Under the pieces are notes generated by a model, which did no database searches, was not told the origin of the DNA, and worked only from the letters and a program-made list of their open reading frames with translations. A stretch of 46,322 nt of DNA from Octopus bimaculoides (lineage: Eukaryota): the NCBI RefSeq assembly GCF_001194135.2, contig NC_068984.1:81497379-81543700 (forward strand), in the 5' to 3' direction. This document shows positions 1 through 12,649 of this stretch, piece after piece; positions within the stretch are counted from its first letter, which is position 1, and the number at the start of each line of letters is the position of its first letter. The position numbers and the translations under genes were made by a program.

Positions 1-576
1 CACCAACACCACTACAACTACCAACGCCTCTACAACTATCACTACCACAACCACCACCACCACTACCACCACCACCACCACCACCATCACAACTACCACC
101 AACACCACTACAACTACCAACGCCTCTACAACTATCACTACCACCACCATCACCATCACCGCAACTACAACCACCACCACCACCACCACCACTACCACAA
201 CAGCAACAACAAAACAACAACAATAACAGCAACAACGACGATGACGACGACGATGATGATGACGTTGAGAAAGACAAACATATTTGGTAGGAACGTTAAA
301 GAAGATACCACCGTCACCATCATCATCATCATCATCATCTTCGTCATCATCGTCGTCGTCGTCGTCGTCGTCGTCATCATGATCATGAAACACCACCACC
401 AACATCACTGCCGCTGCCACCACCACCATCACCACTGCTACTGCTGCTACTACTGCTGCTGCAACTACCGCTGCTGCAAATTTCAGCATCACCAGCGCCA
501 GACGTGACATCAACAACTGCAATTAACTCATCAACAGTATTAGCAACACCCAACAATAAAAAAAAAAAAAAAACTA

Positions 577-616
<40 letters not shown>

Positions 617-644
617 CGATGATGATTATGATGATGATGATGAC

Positions 645-689
<45 letters not shown>

Positions 690-715
690 AATAATAATAA
701 TAATAATAATAATAC
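1..715. repeat. Compound trinucleotide microsatellites (ACC/AAC/ATC/GTC/CTG, then (GAT)n 577-689 and (AAT)n)
   Basis: Read directly. Includes an exact 48-bp duplication (1-48 and 97-144). Confidence 0.9.
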
Positions 716-916
716 TAATAAACACTACCAACTTCTATTGATGGAAATTTTGAAGATGAACACAAGCAGATGTGAAAGCATACGCACACACACACACACA
801 CACACACACAAGAACACACACATATGCACACACAATAAACATACACTCACAGTAAGTACACACACACACACACANNNNNNNNNNATATGCACACACAATA
901 AACATACACTCACAGT

Positions 917-961
<45 letters not shown>

Positions 962-1582
962 CACAGACGGTTCATACTCACACTCCTTCCTACATGGCAT
1001 ACATACACACACCGATATTACAATAAGACAGGGTTGAAACGAAGGAAATATTTGAAAGGTAAACAATATTAACGTATGACAAGTTTATTATGTGTCTCTC
1101 AAAAGAAGATGGAAATGTTCATCACCCCCATACACACAACATATTCACACAGACATACACATACAATACCAGCACACAAACCATTTTTGTCTTCAAACAA
1201 TAACTATTTCATGAAGTTCATTTTTACTCAATATGTTCCAACTAAATGGTATTAGTGAATGGTATTTTTGATCCTGTGAGAAAGAAATTTAGAAAATAAA
1301 GTAACACCCCCCCACACACACACACAAGCACGTATATGCATACACACCATTTTTTTTCTTAACAATAACCATGTTTTAAGCTTCATTTTTACTCAAACAA
1401 TATTTCAAGAACTGAAGCCATTACAAAATAGTAATTTTAATTACTGGAACATCAAATTTACAGACACACGCATGCACGCACGCTCGTGTACACACATACA
1501 CACACATGCACTCACAACACACACGCACGCACAGACACATACACACACAGACACACAAACACGCATGCGCGTACACGCGCGT

Positions 1583-1632
<50 letters not shown>

Positions 1633-1764
1633 ACATACTAACACAAACACTTAGCGCCGTGTTATTCATGTATGAATCGCTTTGGAAATTTAACAGCAGG
1701 CATAATAACAATATAAAGAAAGAAAAAAAGATTTCATTGATATATATTTTTTTTATTCTCTTTA

Positions 1765-1971
1765 TCTTATTTATCTTTTAGTCATTGGACTGCGACCATG
1801 CTGGGGCACTGCCATAAAGGGTGTCAGTCAAGCAAATCAACCTCTGTTTACATATTCTAAGTCTGGTAGTTATTACATGAGTATTTTACCAAACTGCTAG
1901 TTTACGGAAATATAAACAAACCAACACCAGTTGTCAAGCGATGGTGATGAGACAACAAACACAGAAACAAA

Positions 1972-2011
<40 letters not shown>

Positions 2012-2420
2012 GTTAATGTTTGTTTTTATGTTTAGTTATAATCTGAAAGGTTAATTGGCCGAAACTTCGAAGTCATTGTCAACAATATTCTTGTTTAAGA
2101 ATAAACACATACGCACACATATTTTGTATATACATATATATAATGAACTCTCCCGTCGTTAGACGACGTAATAGGGTTCGACAATTTCTTACCGAACAAC
2201 CACACATTTGTTTATAGCGACCAAATGCTTGTGTAGTCATAAGCTCACTCCCTTCAGATTGACATTACCTGTACAGGTGCAACGGGTGCCACATGTTAGA
2301 TGACGAAATGATCGCAGAGCAACGTGAAATGAAGTACTTTGCTCAAGAACATAACGCAACGCCCGGTCTGGAAATCGAACCCACGAAGTTGTGTAAAGTA
2401 TCATATATATNNNNNNNNNN

Positions 2421-2451
<31 letters not shown>

Positions 2452-2590
2452 CGGTCTTCTCCACTCACAAGAAATTTGTCAGGCCGGCCCTGAGCTTTAG
2501 TAGAAAGCACTTGCCCAAGTAATGCGCAGTGGAAATGAACCCGAAACAGCGTTGTTGTAAAGCGAGCATCTTAACCACACAGCCATTCCT
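1765..2590 (-). mobile_element. SINE family A copy (tail 1765-1975, head 2451-2590) with another SINE nested in its central microsatellite
   Basis: Both halves align by eye to 39595-40151 and are separated by (CA)n/(TA)n and the element at 2146-2385. Confidence 0.7.
2146..2385 (-). mobile_element. 5'-truncated tRNA-headed SINE (family C group)
   Basis: B box GGTTCGATTTCC and a GTTCTTGAGCAAAGTACTTCATTTCACGTTGCTC core shared with 16656-16964 and 27493-27720. Confidence 0.7.
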
Positions 2591-4591
2591 AAAAGGATTT
2601 TATAAAAAAAATATTTTGAAAGAAAAGAATAATATTTGTAACATAGGTACAAAGCCACAAATTGGTGAGGTGGTTGTAGGTTATATTCATTTCAATACCT
2701 GAGTGATATTTTATTTCATCGATCCTGAAAAATGAAAAGTAAAGTTGACTCCTAAGAGGTTTGAACACAAAAGGCTGCAACAAATACTACAAAGCATTTT
2801 ATCTGATCCCCTAACAATTCTCATAACCCAACGCTTTAACGAATTTTTATATGAACTCAAGTTCAAAAATTATAGACTACCAGGATAACAGTTATACTAA
2901 CCCTAGTATATAACTAATGCTTTGTTGTTACCATCCACAGAAGGGTGACAGCTAAATACTAAAAGGTATTATGTGCAATACTGTGGGGAGTCTACCAGTC
3001 TATATTCAACAGTAATAATAAAACATTCTGATTTAGGCACAAGGCTAGCAATTTTCAAGTGAGATCGCTACTCGGAACTACTTAATCGATTCCGAAGGGA
3101 TGAAAGGCAAAGTTAACATCTGCTGGTTTTGAACTGAAGACGAAAATTGGCGAAAAAATTCTTCAAGACATAAAATATTTGCTAAAATCTATGAGCAATA
3201 AATTACTTCTACTTCTACAATGCACCAAATGTTTTAGCATTTTTTTTTAAACACAAGTCTTAGTAATAATTCTAAAATATAATAGGATGCTTTAAACATC
3301 GAATGGCTATGAGGGTCCACCGGGATATAATAGTAATTAAAGGGTCCATAGGCGAAAAATGATTGAGAGCTACTGATGTGGAGAATTCATCATTTGTTCG
3401 TAATTATGGACGTGATTATCAGAAGGTGCCAAAAACAAGAAAAACTTGAAAAAATATATTTAACAATAAAATATCAAGATAAAAATGAAATATTTTCTAT
3501 GATATAATAAAATATATAAAAAAGCTAAAACTAAAATAAATATTTCTATTCTCTAATGAAAAAAAACAAACTAAAATGCATACTTTCTATAATAAATTAT
3601 AAAATAAAAGCTAGAAATCAAAGCAAATAATGACAAAATGTAATAAATAAATAAAATATAAAAATAAAATAAGTTATAAAAGATGAAAAATATCTATTTA
3701 ATAAATAATATAATAAAATATAAAAGAGTTAAAATAAAGCAAACTAAATATTTTCTATTACAAAATTTTAAAAAATGTTTGAAGAAAATCGAAAGTTGTG
3801 TAAAGTATCATGTAATTGTTTCCTCTGCTATAGAACCCTAACAACCATTTTTCACTTTCCCTAACACTCTGTAGACAATTATTTATTTATTTGGTTATTT
3901 AGATATTTGTATTTTTTTAATCGTTTCTTTATTTATTTTTGCTTGTTAGTTTAGTTGTTTATTTACTTGGGTGTTGATTTATTTGTTAACATTTTCTTTA
4001 TTTCTTTTCACTCACCTCTATGCCACTCAGCTTACTCACTTATACAGGTGAAATTCGTTATAGACGTGTTTTCCCCTCCCTCTTACAAGTAGAAGCAATA
4101 ATAGTCGCAGAGATAGTAGCTGCAGCAATAGCAGTAGCAGCAGACGCAGTAGCAGCAGCAGCAGCAGCAACACCAGCAACGGTAGCAGCTGAAGCTGTTT
4201 CAACTACAGTACTCCCTTCAGTAAAAAAAAAATAGTAGCAGTTAACAGTAGTACCAACAGTAGCAGCAACAGGGGCAACAACAACAACAATAGCAGAAGT
4301 AGCAATAGCAGCAGTAACAGCAACAGCAGTAGTAACAACAACAGTAATTGCTGCACTTGTATTAGTTGTATCTTCTGTCATGTTTGTCGCAAAAGCAACA
4401 CCAAATGCATAAATAAGTACAATAATAGCAGTCGCAAAAACACCGATAACAGAGACCAAGCACCATTACAATAATAGCAGCAGTAGCAGTAGTTACCAGC
4501 GTTGTTATATTTTTCAGTCAGGCAAAGGACACGTCTATTTAATCCGTTGACGTTGGGACCGCAATTATATTTGTGTCAGTGGATCACTTCT

Positions 4592-4675
4592 TCACATTCC
4601 CAGTATATCGAGACAAAGCAGTAGAGTACTTTTATGTTTGAATTGAAGAAATAGACATTTCCACATCTTCAGATC
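4592..4675 (-). CDS. Probable last coding exon DLKMWKCLFLQFKHKSTLLLCLDILGM-stop
   Basis: Acceptor atatgtttcaaccag|GAT in phase 0, then 27 codons and TGA at 4594-4592. It could instead be an internal exon using a weak donor such as AAAA|gtactc. Confidence 0.45.
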   Translation of the reverse strand, partial: DLKMWKCLFLQFKHKSTLLLCLDILGM

Positions 4676-5122
4676 CTGGTTGAAACATATAACATTCTTA
4701 AGAATATGACATTCTTATAAATGTTACATTCTTATGAAAATATTTTAAGATACTGAGCAAAAGAAAGCTAATATACACGAAAATAAATACCTTTTAAACT
4801 ACATTCAAGTACAAAAAGGATATTTATCCTACGAGTAGTGAATTAAAGTAAAGGCAATGTATATTATATTTGCAACATCGATAATTGTGATATATACCCT
4901 GCTGTCAACCTAATCGACTTCAACCAGCCACTAAGAACAGAATCTTGCTGCTTATACATATTACATTGCACCGAAACAGTTGGCCAACGAGGATTAAAGG
5001 AATACTCTGAGGCGCCTCGAATTTTGATTTTTAAATTTAAATTTCAGGTATTGCGGGGGGAAAAAACAATACATACATATGTGTGCGTCTGTCTGTGTAT
5101 ATGAATGTATAAATTTAGATAC

Positions 5123-5233
5123 CTTTAAAATACAGTTGTCTTCAAATGGAGGCCAACAACTCAAGGTAGAACAGAGCGACTCAAAATTACGTCTACTTTC
5201 TACTCTAATCACGTACGTTAATCCAGCTTCAAT
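5123..5233 (-). CDS. Internal coding exon IEAGLTYVIRVESRRNFESLCSTLSCWPPFEDNCILK, phase 0 to phase 0
   Basis: Acceptor tttagttttgtttgcag|ATT, 111 nt open (37 codons), donor AAG|gtatct. The peptide is not low-complexity. Confidence 0.75.
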
Positions 5234-5498
5234 CTGCAAACAAAACTAAACGTGGTTCCTTTCATATAAATAACATTTGCCTCTCCACTTTCTTAGTTTT
5301 TTAAAATAAAATTTCAAGGTGGACAAATGCTTTTCTCTCGATCCTCATTTTCAATAACTATTGATATCACTGTTACCACTGCAGCAATAATTCTCCAACT
5401 CAAACTTGATTTAGTAGACGTATAATTACTAGTATGACAGCCTTCATCACCAACGTTTTTCCTTTTTATCAGACACTATCTAGCAAGGACTACATTAG

Positions 5499-5952
5499 TT
5501 AACTCCTCAGCATTTAATCAGGCCATATCTGGCCAAAATATAAATTTTAGATGTTGGCACTAGGCCAGCAATATCGGGGGAAGGAGGTAAATCGATTACA
5601 CCGACCACAGTATTCAACTGGTGCATATTTTATCATTCCCGAAAGGATGACAAGCAAAGTCGACCTTGGCGGAATTTGAACTCGGAGTGTAGAGACGGGC
5701 GAAATGCCGCTAAGCAGTTAACCCATCGCGGTAACGATTCTGCTAGCTCGCCGCCTTCAAACTGGTTCAAATATTCTACCAGTTTTATTTTCAAACCAGC
5801 AAGATTTGCCTTCTTACAACAACCCTACAATGTCATACTAAAAATATGCAACAGACCATCGAAATCTTGAAGCTGTGAGATAATGTCTGATTAATTCAAA
5901 GCAATTTGGATAAATAAGCGTTGCATTTCACAAAATAATACTAAAGAGGTAA
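5499..5952. mobile_element. Decayed piggyBac-like MITE containing the nested SINE at 5545-5757
   Basis: Ends ttaactcctcagcattt and tactaaagaggtaa resemble TTAA-CCCTTTAGCA...TGCTAAAGGG-TTAA. The element sequence (ggccaaa(a)tat / caaatattctacc) resumes after the SINE. Confidence 0.5.
5545..5757 (-). mobile_element. tRNA-headed SINE family B with a Meta/MESC-like central domain
   Basis: Minus strand reads aaggcggcgagctagcagaatcgttac...gagttcaaattccgccaaggtcgactttgcttgtcatcctttcggg...ataaaat. The CCTTTCATCCTTTCGGGGTCGATAAAAT..GTACCAG block resembles the MetaSINE domain as I recall it. Confidence 0.75.
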
Positions 5953-6040
5953 AGTGTCCTGGGTGTTGCTGTTGTTGTAGTTGTTGTTGTTGGTGGTGAT
6001 AGTGATGGTGCTGGTGTTCATTTGCCCCTTATGAAAACTT

Positions 6041-7382
6041 ATGACCAACGACGTAACACACATACCTGGCACACATCCTTACGCTCTCACACATATACGC
6101 ACGCACACACACATACACATACACACACGCACACACACATACACATACACACATGCACACACACCTCTCACATACACAAACACACACATACACATACACA
6201 CACGTACACACATACACATATACACACATGCACACACGCACACACACCTCTCACATACACAATACTCACTCACATACACAACACACACTCACACAAACAC
6301 GCATACAACTACACACCCAAGGGGCATAAATGACACACGCACTTGCACGCACGTACGTAAGCAAACACANNNNNNNNNNNNNNNNNNNNNNNNNNNNNNN
6401 NNNNNNNNNNNNNNNNNNNNNNNNNNNNNNNNNNNNNNNNNNNNNNNNNNNNNNNNNNNNNNNNNNNNNNNNNNNNNNNNNNNNNNNNNNNNNNNNNNNN
6501 NNNNNNNNNNNNNNNNNNNNNNNNNNNNNNNNNNNNNNNNNNNNNNNNNNNNNNNNNNNNNNNNNNNNNNNNNNNNNNNNNNNNNNNNNNNNNNNNNNNN
6601 NNNNNNNNNNNNNNNNNNNNNNNNNNNNNNNNNNNNNNNNNNNNNNNNNNNNNNNNNNNNNNNNNNNNNNNNNNNNNNNNNNNNNNNNNNNNNNNNNNNN
6701 NNNNNNNNNNNNNNNNNNNNNNNNNNNNNNNNNNNNNNNNNNNNNNNNNNNNNNNNNNNNNNNNNNNNNNNNNNNNNNACACGCACGTACAGAAGCAAAC
6801 GCACGCACACACACGTACACAGCAACGCACATATACACAACATACACATACACATACACACACGCGCACGTACAAAATACACACACGTACCCAACACCTA
6901 CAACCCCACACAAACACACGCACGCACATCCACATACACCCACACACACGCACCCCCATCCACACACGCACACACACAGAAGACACACACACACACCGGC
7001 ACAAACGAACCCACATATACACACATGCAAATGAACCCGCACATAATTCCTACACATACACAAAACGCACTCACACACACACACCCATGTATACATACAT
7101 ACACACACGCACACACATCACACGCACATACACACGCACACAGACAAGGCACATACACACACATGTAGAAACGAACTCACTTACACACACATGCAATTGA
7201 ACCTACACACAACTCCTACACACACACTCACACACACCCAGGTGCACATACATGTACACACACGCAAATGAGCCCACACATAACTCACATACACACACAA
7301 CAAACAGTGACACATACACGAACACATACTACACATATACACGCACACACACACACACACACGTTCTGTTATTACACACACA
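6041..7382. repeat. Degenerate (CA)/(TACA) microsatellite field spanning a gap
   Basis: Read directly. It is the source of the His/Thr- and Cys/Val-rich spurious ORFs. Similar fields lie at 21830-23150, 27725-28330, 29170-30680 and 42240-42650. Confidence 0.9.
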
Positions 7383-9859
7383 CTTGCAGACCCTCGCGCA
7401 CGAACACATATTCACCTCCCTTTTTCACTCTCCTGTCTTAGAAAGAACTTTTCCTCCACCACTTCCTCTTCCGGTTTTTCTACAATGTAACCTCGTGGGC
7501 ATCGGTGCCGATTTTTTCTTCCTCCGTTTTTCCNNNNNNNNNNNNNNNNNNNNNNNNNNNNNNNNNNNNNNNNNNNNNNNNNNNNNNNNNNNNNNNNNNN
7601 NNNNNNNNNNNNNNNNNNNNNNNNNNNNNNNNNNNNNNNNNNNNNNNNNNNNNNNNNNNNNNNNNNNNNNNNNNNNNNNNNNNNNNNNNNNNNNNNNNNN
7701 NNNNNNNNNNNNNNNNNNNNNNNNNNNNNNNNNNNNNNNNNNNNNNNNNNNNNNNNNNNNNNNNNNNNNNNNNNNNNNNNNNNNNNNNNNNNNNNNNNNN
7801 NNNNNNNNNNNNNNNNNNNNNNNNNNNNNNNNNNNNNNNNNNNNNNNNNNNNNNNNNNNNNNNNNNNNNNNNNNNNNNNNNNNNNNNNNNNNNNNNNNNN
7901 NNNNNNNNNNNNNNNNNNNNNNNNNNNNNNNNNNNNNNNNNNNNNNNNNNNNNNNNNNNNNNNNNNNNNNNNNNNNNNNNNNNNNNNNNNNNNNNNNNNN
8001 NNNNNNNNNNNNNNNNNNNNNNNNNNNNNNNNNNNNNNNNNNNNNNNNNNNNNNNNNNNNNNNNNNNNNNNNNNNNNNNNNNNNNNNNNNNNNNNNNNNN
8101 NNNNNNNNNNNNNNNNNNNNNNNNNNNNNNNNNNNNNNNNNNNNNNNNNNNNNNNNNNNNNNNNNNNNNNNNNNNNNNNNNNNNNNNNNNNNNNNNNNNN
8201 NNNNNNNNNNNNNNNNNNNNNNNNNNNNNNNNNNNNNNNNNNNNNNNNNNNNNNNNNNNNNNNNNNNNNNNNNNNNNNNNNNNNNNNNNNNNNNNNNNNN
8301 NNNNNNNNNNNNNNNNNNNNNNNNNNNNNNNNNNNNNNNNNNNNNNNNNNNNNNNNNNNNNNNNNNNNNNNNNNNNNNNNNNNNNNNNNNNNNNNNNNNN
8401 NNNNNNNNNNNNNNNNNNNNNNNNNNNNNNNNNNNNNNNNNNNNNNNNNNNNNNNNNNNNNNNNNNNTATATAATATAATATTGTATTATATTATATTAT
8501 ATTATATTATATATTATGCGTTGCATCTGTTCCTTTCAGATAGTACGAGAGAGATTTGGTTGCTATTTCTAGCAAGTTTAAGTTGTTGTCAGTGTTATGG
8601 TTTAACCACAGGACAGTCCTGGTCGTAGAGAGCTATAGTTGAAGACATTCCTATCATGACCAGGCCATTTGTTTGTGCACCAGGCCTACCTTGTCCAATA
8701 TGTCCTATCTTTTTTTTTTCAAAGTTAGATTCAAGCGAAATTTGGCTATTATTTCTAGCATGTAAAGAGGCGGTAGAAACTCCCTAGAAACTGCTGCTGC
8801 TGCTGCTACTGCTTCTGGTGGTAGCGCTGGTGTGAGGACGACGTTGACGACAATGATGAAAACAACAGAAATGCGGGTGCAGCATTTAATTCAATATAGT
8901 ATTTTATCGACAACTGCATAAGAAAACACGTGTGAGGGGACGGAGGTGAGAGAGGAAAGGTGTAGGGGAGAGGGTGAAGAGGAGGCGAGTAAGTGCAACA
9001 CAGGAAAGACAATGACAAACAAACAGGCAGCCTGTTATTTTGAGCATCACTGAGATGGTGAACTGTAAACAAGGTGTAGTGAGGAGGTGGTTGTGGTGGG
9101 GGGGAAGAGGATTGAGGTATCGGGAAGAAGGAAGAGGAGGAAGATCAAGAAAAAAGAGGAGGGGNNNNNNNNNNNNNNNNNNNNNNNNNNNNNNNNNNNN
9201 NNNNNNNNNNNNNNNNNNNNNNNNNNNNNNNNNNNNNNNNNNNNNNNNNNNNNNNNNNNNNNNNNNNNNNNNNNNNNNNNNNNNNNNNNNNNNNNNNNNN
9301 NNNNNNNNNNNNNNNNNNNNNNNNNNNNNNNNNNNNNNNNNNNNNNNNNNNNNNNNNNNNNNNNNNNNNNNNNNNNNNNNNNNNNNNNNNNNNNNNNNNN
9401 NNNNNNNNNNNNNNNNNNNNNNNNNNNNNNNNNNNNNNNNNNNNNNNNNNNNNNNNNNNNNNNNNNNNNNNNNNNNNNNNNNNNNNNNNNNNNNNNNNNN
9501 NNNNNNNNNNNNNNNNNNNNNNNNNNNNNNNNNNNNNNNNNNNNNNNNNNNNNNNNNNNNNNNNNNNNNNNNNNNNNNNNNNNNNNNNNNNNNNNNNNNN
9601 NNNNNNNNNNNNNNNNNNNNNNNNNNNNNNNNNNNNNNNNNNNNNNNNNNNNNNNNNNNNNNNNNNNNNNNNNNNNNNNNNNNNNNNNNNNNNNNNNNNN
9701 NNNNNNNNNNNNNNNNNNNNNNNNNNNNNNNNNNNNNNNNNNNNNNNNNNNNNNNNNNNNNNNNNNNNNNNNNNNNNNNNNNNNNNNNNNNNNNNNNNNN
9801 NNNNNNNNNNNACACACATAGATACGCACAGCGTAATTTATTATATAAACAATATATGC

Positions 9860-10142
9860 GTATAAATTACGATTAAACCGGATGAAATATGTCACAGGGA
9901 ATAACATTTTTATGACCGCCCAGCAGTAACTCTATTCAGCTGAATAGACGTCAGTGATTGGTTGAAATTACAGAAATACGACAACTTTAACATGGAATAA
10001 CTTGCGATGTACGTTTTTTTGTTAAGAAGACTAAGAGTAAAAGATGTTTTATATGACACATTCTACCAGTGTCCCAAGTTTCAAAGTGTTTCGTTAGTGT
10101 TTCGTTAAGAAAATACTGGTGCCCCCGTTTTGAAATAGATCC
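9860..10142 (-). mobile_element. Unclassified interspersed repeat E, probably a non-autonomous DNA element
   Basis: The terminus ctggtgcccccgttttgaaatagatcc is the reverse complement of ggatcttgttcaaaacgggggcaccag at 19921. The internal caaccaatcactgac..tattcagctg block is shared. Opposite-orientation copies lie at 19921-20200 and 32854-33078. Confidence 0.65.
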
Positions 10143-10299
10143 CTCACTGGGGTTTCAGATGTAGGGGATAGTGCAAAGACTAACTTGATAGAACGTAAAG
10201 ACGGACGAAATGCCGCTAAGCATTTTGTCCGGTTTGCTAACGGATCTGTTAGGTCACCACCTTAATGATGATGATAATAATAATAATAATAATAATAAT

Positions 10300-10932
10300 C
10301 CTTTCTACTATAGGACACAAGGCCTAAAATCTCGGGGGAGGGGGATAGCCGATTACATCGACCTCAGTGTTTCACTGGTACTTAATTTATCGCCTCCGAA
10401 AGGATGGAAAGCAAAGTCGACCTCGATGGAATTTGAATTCAGAACATAAAGGTCAGGTCAGGTGTGGGGCCATGCGTCATTGCAACACGGTGTTGCGTTC
10501 ACGATTTGTCGGTATCTTCCAGATCGAGTGGAGTCCCAGTCAGTCCCCATCTACGCGAGATACGTCCTCATCTGCCGTGACTATGGGGCATGTGATCGAC
10601 CAGTGTGAGCCATCAACCCAACCAGATCCTCAGTAAAGAGAGTACGGCAAGCAAGATCTAACTCGGAAAATCGAGCAAAATGACCAACCAATCTAATCTG
10701 GCGCTTCCGAGTCATACATGTAACAAGACGAAATCCGACCAATGGTAACCCATAATCCTACGGTGCTTCCTTGTACCAGAGGAGTTCAGGCGGCTCCGAA
10801 AGGCCCCTGAACTCAGTGTCCAAGACTCACAAATATAGAACAGTGTCTATAGATTGTTCTATATTGTTTCTGATTTAGGCACAAGGCTGAAAAAAAGATA
10901 AAGAAATATTGCTCTTACTACTGCTGCTGCTG

Positions 10933-11025
<93 letters not shown>

Positions 11026-11996
11026 ATAAGCAACAAGAACATCAAGAACGATAATAATATTAATAATAGTCAGTGTCTAAGAAATAATAATTGTTTCTGA
11101 TTTAGTCACAAGGCCGAAAAAAAGATAAAGAAATACTGCTCTTATTACTACTACTACGACGACGACGTAGTAGTAGTAGTAGTGTCCAAGACAAATATAG
11201 AACAAGATAGGGAGGACTAGAGACCTAACGACACGAACCCTTGTTTTCTTGCACAGATACCGGCAGCGCCAAACACTCTTGTCCAATGAGTCTACAACTG
11301 CACCAGCTCGTCCAGCAGCCAGGACAGTCAGGGTTCACATCGAAGAGATGAACTGCTGACAAGATCTTGACTCTTTGTGTAATCATAGAACGCAAGAGTA
11401 GCTTTCGGCAGAGTCTCTTACAGCCTATGTCGACCTCTATAAGGCGTTTGATTCGTTGAAAAGGGATGTGTTTTGGAGGATTCTGGAGCTACGTGGTATA
11501 TCTCCTCAGATGATTGAGCTGATGATGGCCTTATGCACTGGAACAAATCAGAGCCATTCAGATAAAGGGCTCAACATCTTACATTTTTCCTGTTAGGTCT
11601 GAGGTCTGTCATGGTTGTATCTTGGCTCCCACACTGTTCAATTCCCGCATGGACTCGGTACTTGACCGAATGGTGATTCGATCGTGTTACAGTGCGCTCA
11701 TTGGTGAAACTAAGATCACAGAGCTAGATTTTGTTGATGCAGTTATTCTTACGGAGTCTTTGGATGGCTTTAGGAGCACTCTCCATTCACTGGGTGTGGA
11801 AGCAGAACCACTCGGCCTTAGAGTCTCTTGGGTCAAGACAAAGATTCCGTATTTTGTTGACTTCTGTCTCCGTTGCAGGTGAGAATGCCGAAGTTGTTGA
11901 CCGCTTCACGTACCTAGGTAGTGAGATTCGGAGCGGCGAGTCTGAAGAAGAATGTAAAGACAAACGAAATACTCCCAAGTATTTTGTCCGGCGGGC

Positions 11997-12000
<4 letters not shown>
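10300..12000 (-). mobile_element. SINE family B copy split by the RTE insertion (parts 10300-10451 and 11949-12000)
   Basis: The family consensus ...gaatttgaactcAGAACGTAAAGacggacgaaatgcc... breaks at 10451 and resumes at 11949. A second partial copy lies at 10186-10263. Confidence 0.8.
10452..11948. mobile_element. Degenerate RTE-clade non-LTR retrotransposon, 5'-truncated with an inverted 5' segment; RT pseudogene
   Basis: Plus strand 11301-11948 encodes the RT core: QQPGQSGF, AYVDLYKAFDSL, LAPTLFN, LDFVDA (decayed FADD), LGLRVSWVKTKI, RFTYLGSEI. Minus strand ~11298-11182 and 10842-10452 encodes the C-terminus: DSLDKSVWRCRYLCKKTRVRVVRSLVLPILFY, CESWTL, RRIMGYHWSDFV, RQIRLVGHFARF, PHT-stop, then a (CCTGA)n tail. 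An 11-bp TSD lies at 10441-10451 and 11949-11959. Confidence 0.85.
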
Positions 12001-12027
<27 letters not shown>

Positions 12028-12577
12028 AAGAAGAAGAAGAAGANNNNNNNNNNNNNNNNNNNNNNNNNNNNNNNNNNNNNNNNNNNNNNNNNNNNNNNNN
12101 NNNNNNNNNNNNNNNNNNNNNNNNNNNNNNNNNNNNNNNNNNNNNNNNNNNNNNNNNNNNNNNNNNNNNNNNNNNNNNNNNNNNNNNNNNNNNNNNNNNN
12201 NNNNNNNNNNNNNNNNNNNNNNNNNNNNNNNNNNNNNNNNNNNNNNNNNNNNNNNNNNNNNNNNNNNNNNNNNNNNNNNNNNNNNNNNNNNNNNNNNNNN
12301 NNNNNNNNNNNNNNNNNNNNNNNNNNNNNNNNNNNNNNNNNNNNNNNNNNNNNNNNNNNNNNNNNNNNNNNNNNNNNNNNNNNNNNNNNNNNNNNNNNNN
12401 NNNNNNNNNNNNNNNNNNNNNNNNNNNNNNNNNNNNNNNNNNNNNNNNNNNNNNNNNNNNNNNNNNNNNNNNNNNNNNNNNNNNNNNNNNNNNNNNNNNN
12501 NNNNNNNNNGAATTTAACGTTAGCGTCTTATAAAGCTAAGTTTATAAGTTCTAATATTGCAGAAGAATTCGTTACTG

Positions 12578-12649
12578 GGCAGTTTAGCTTAATGCTAAAG
12601 CACTTGACGCATAATCACAGAGATGTGATTTCGAGTCTCATGGCTTGCC
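12578..12649 (+). pseudogene. tRNA-like cloverleaf with CAT anticodon (tRNA-Met-like pseudogene)
   Basis: Acceptor ggcagtt/ggc(t)tgcc, D stem gctt/aagc, anticodon loop cgCATaa, T loop TTCGAGT, and a T4 run about 9 nt downstream. U33 is G, and the anticodon and T stems have mismatches. Confidence 0.55.

Noticed and set aside
821-935. Tandem duplicate of atatgcacacacaataaacatacactcacagtaagtacacac on both sides of a 10-N gap
   Set aside because: Most likely unmerged contig overlap.
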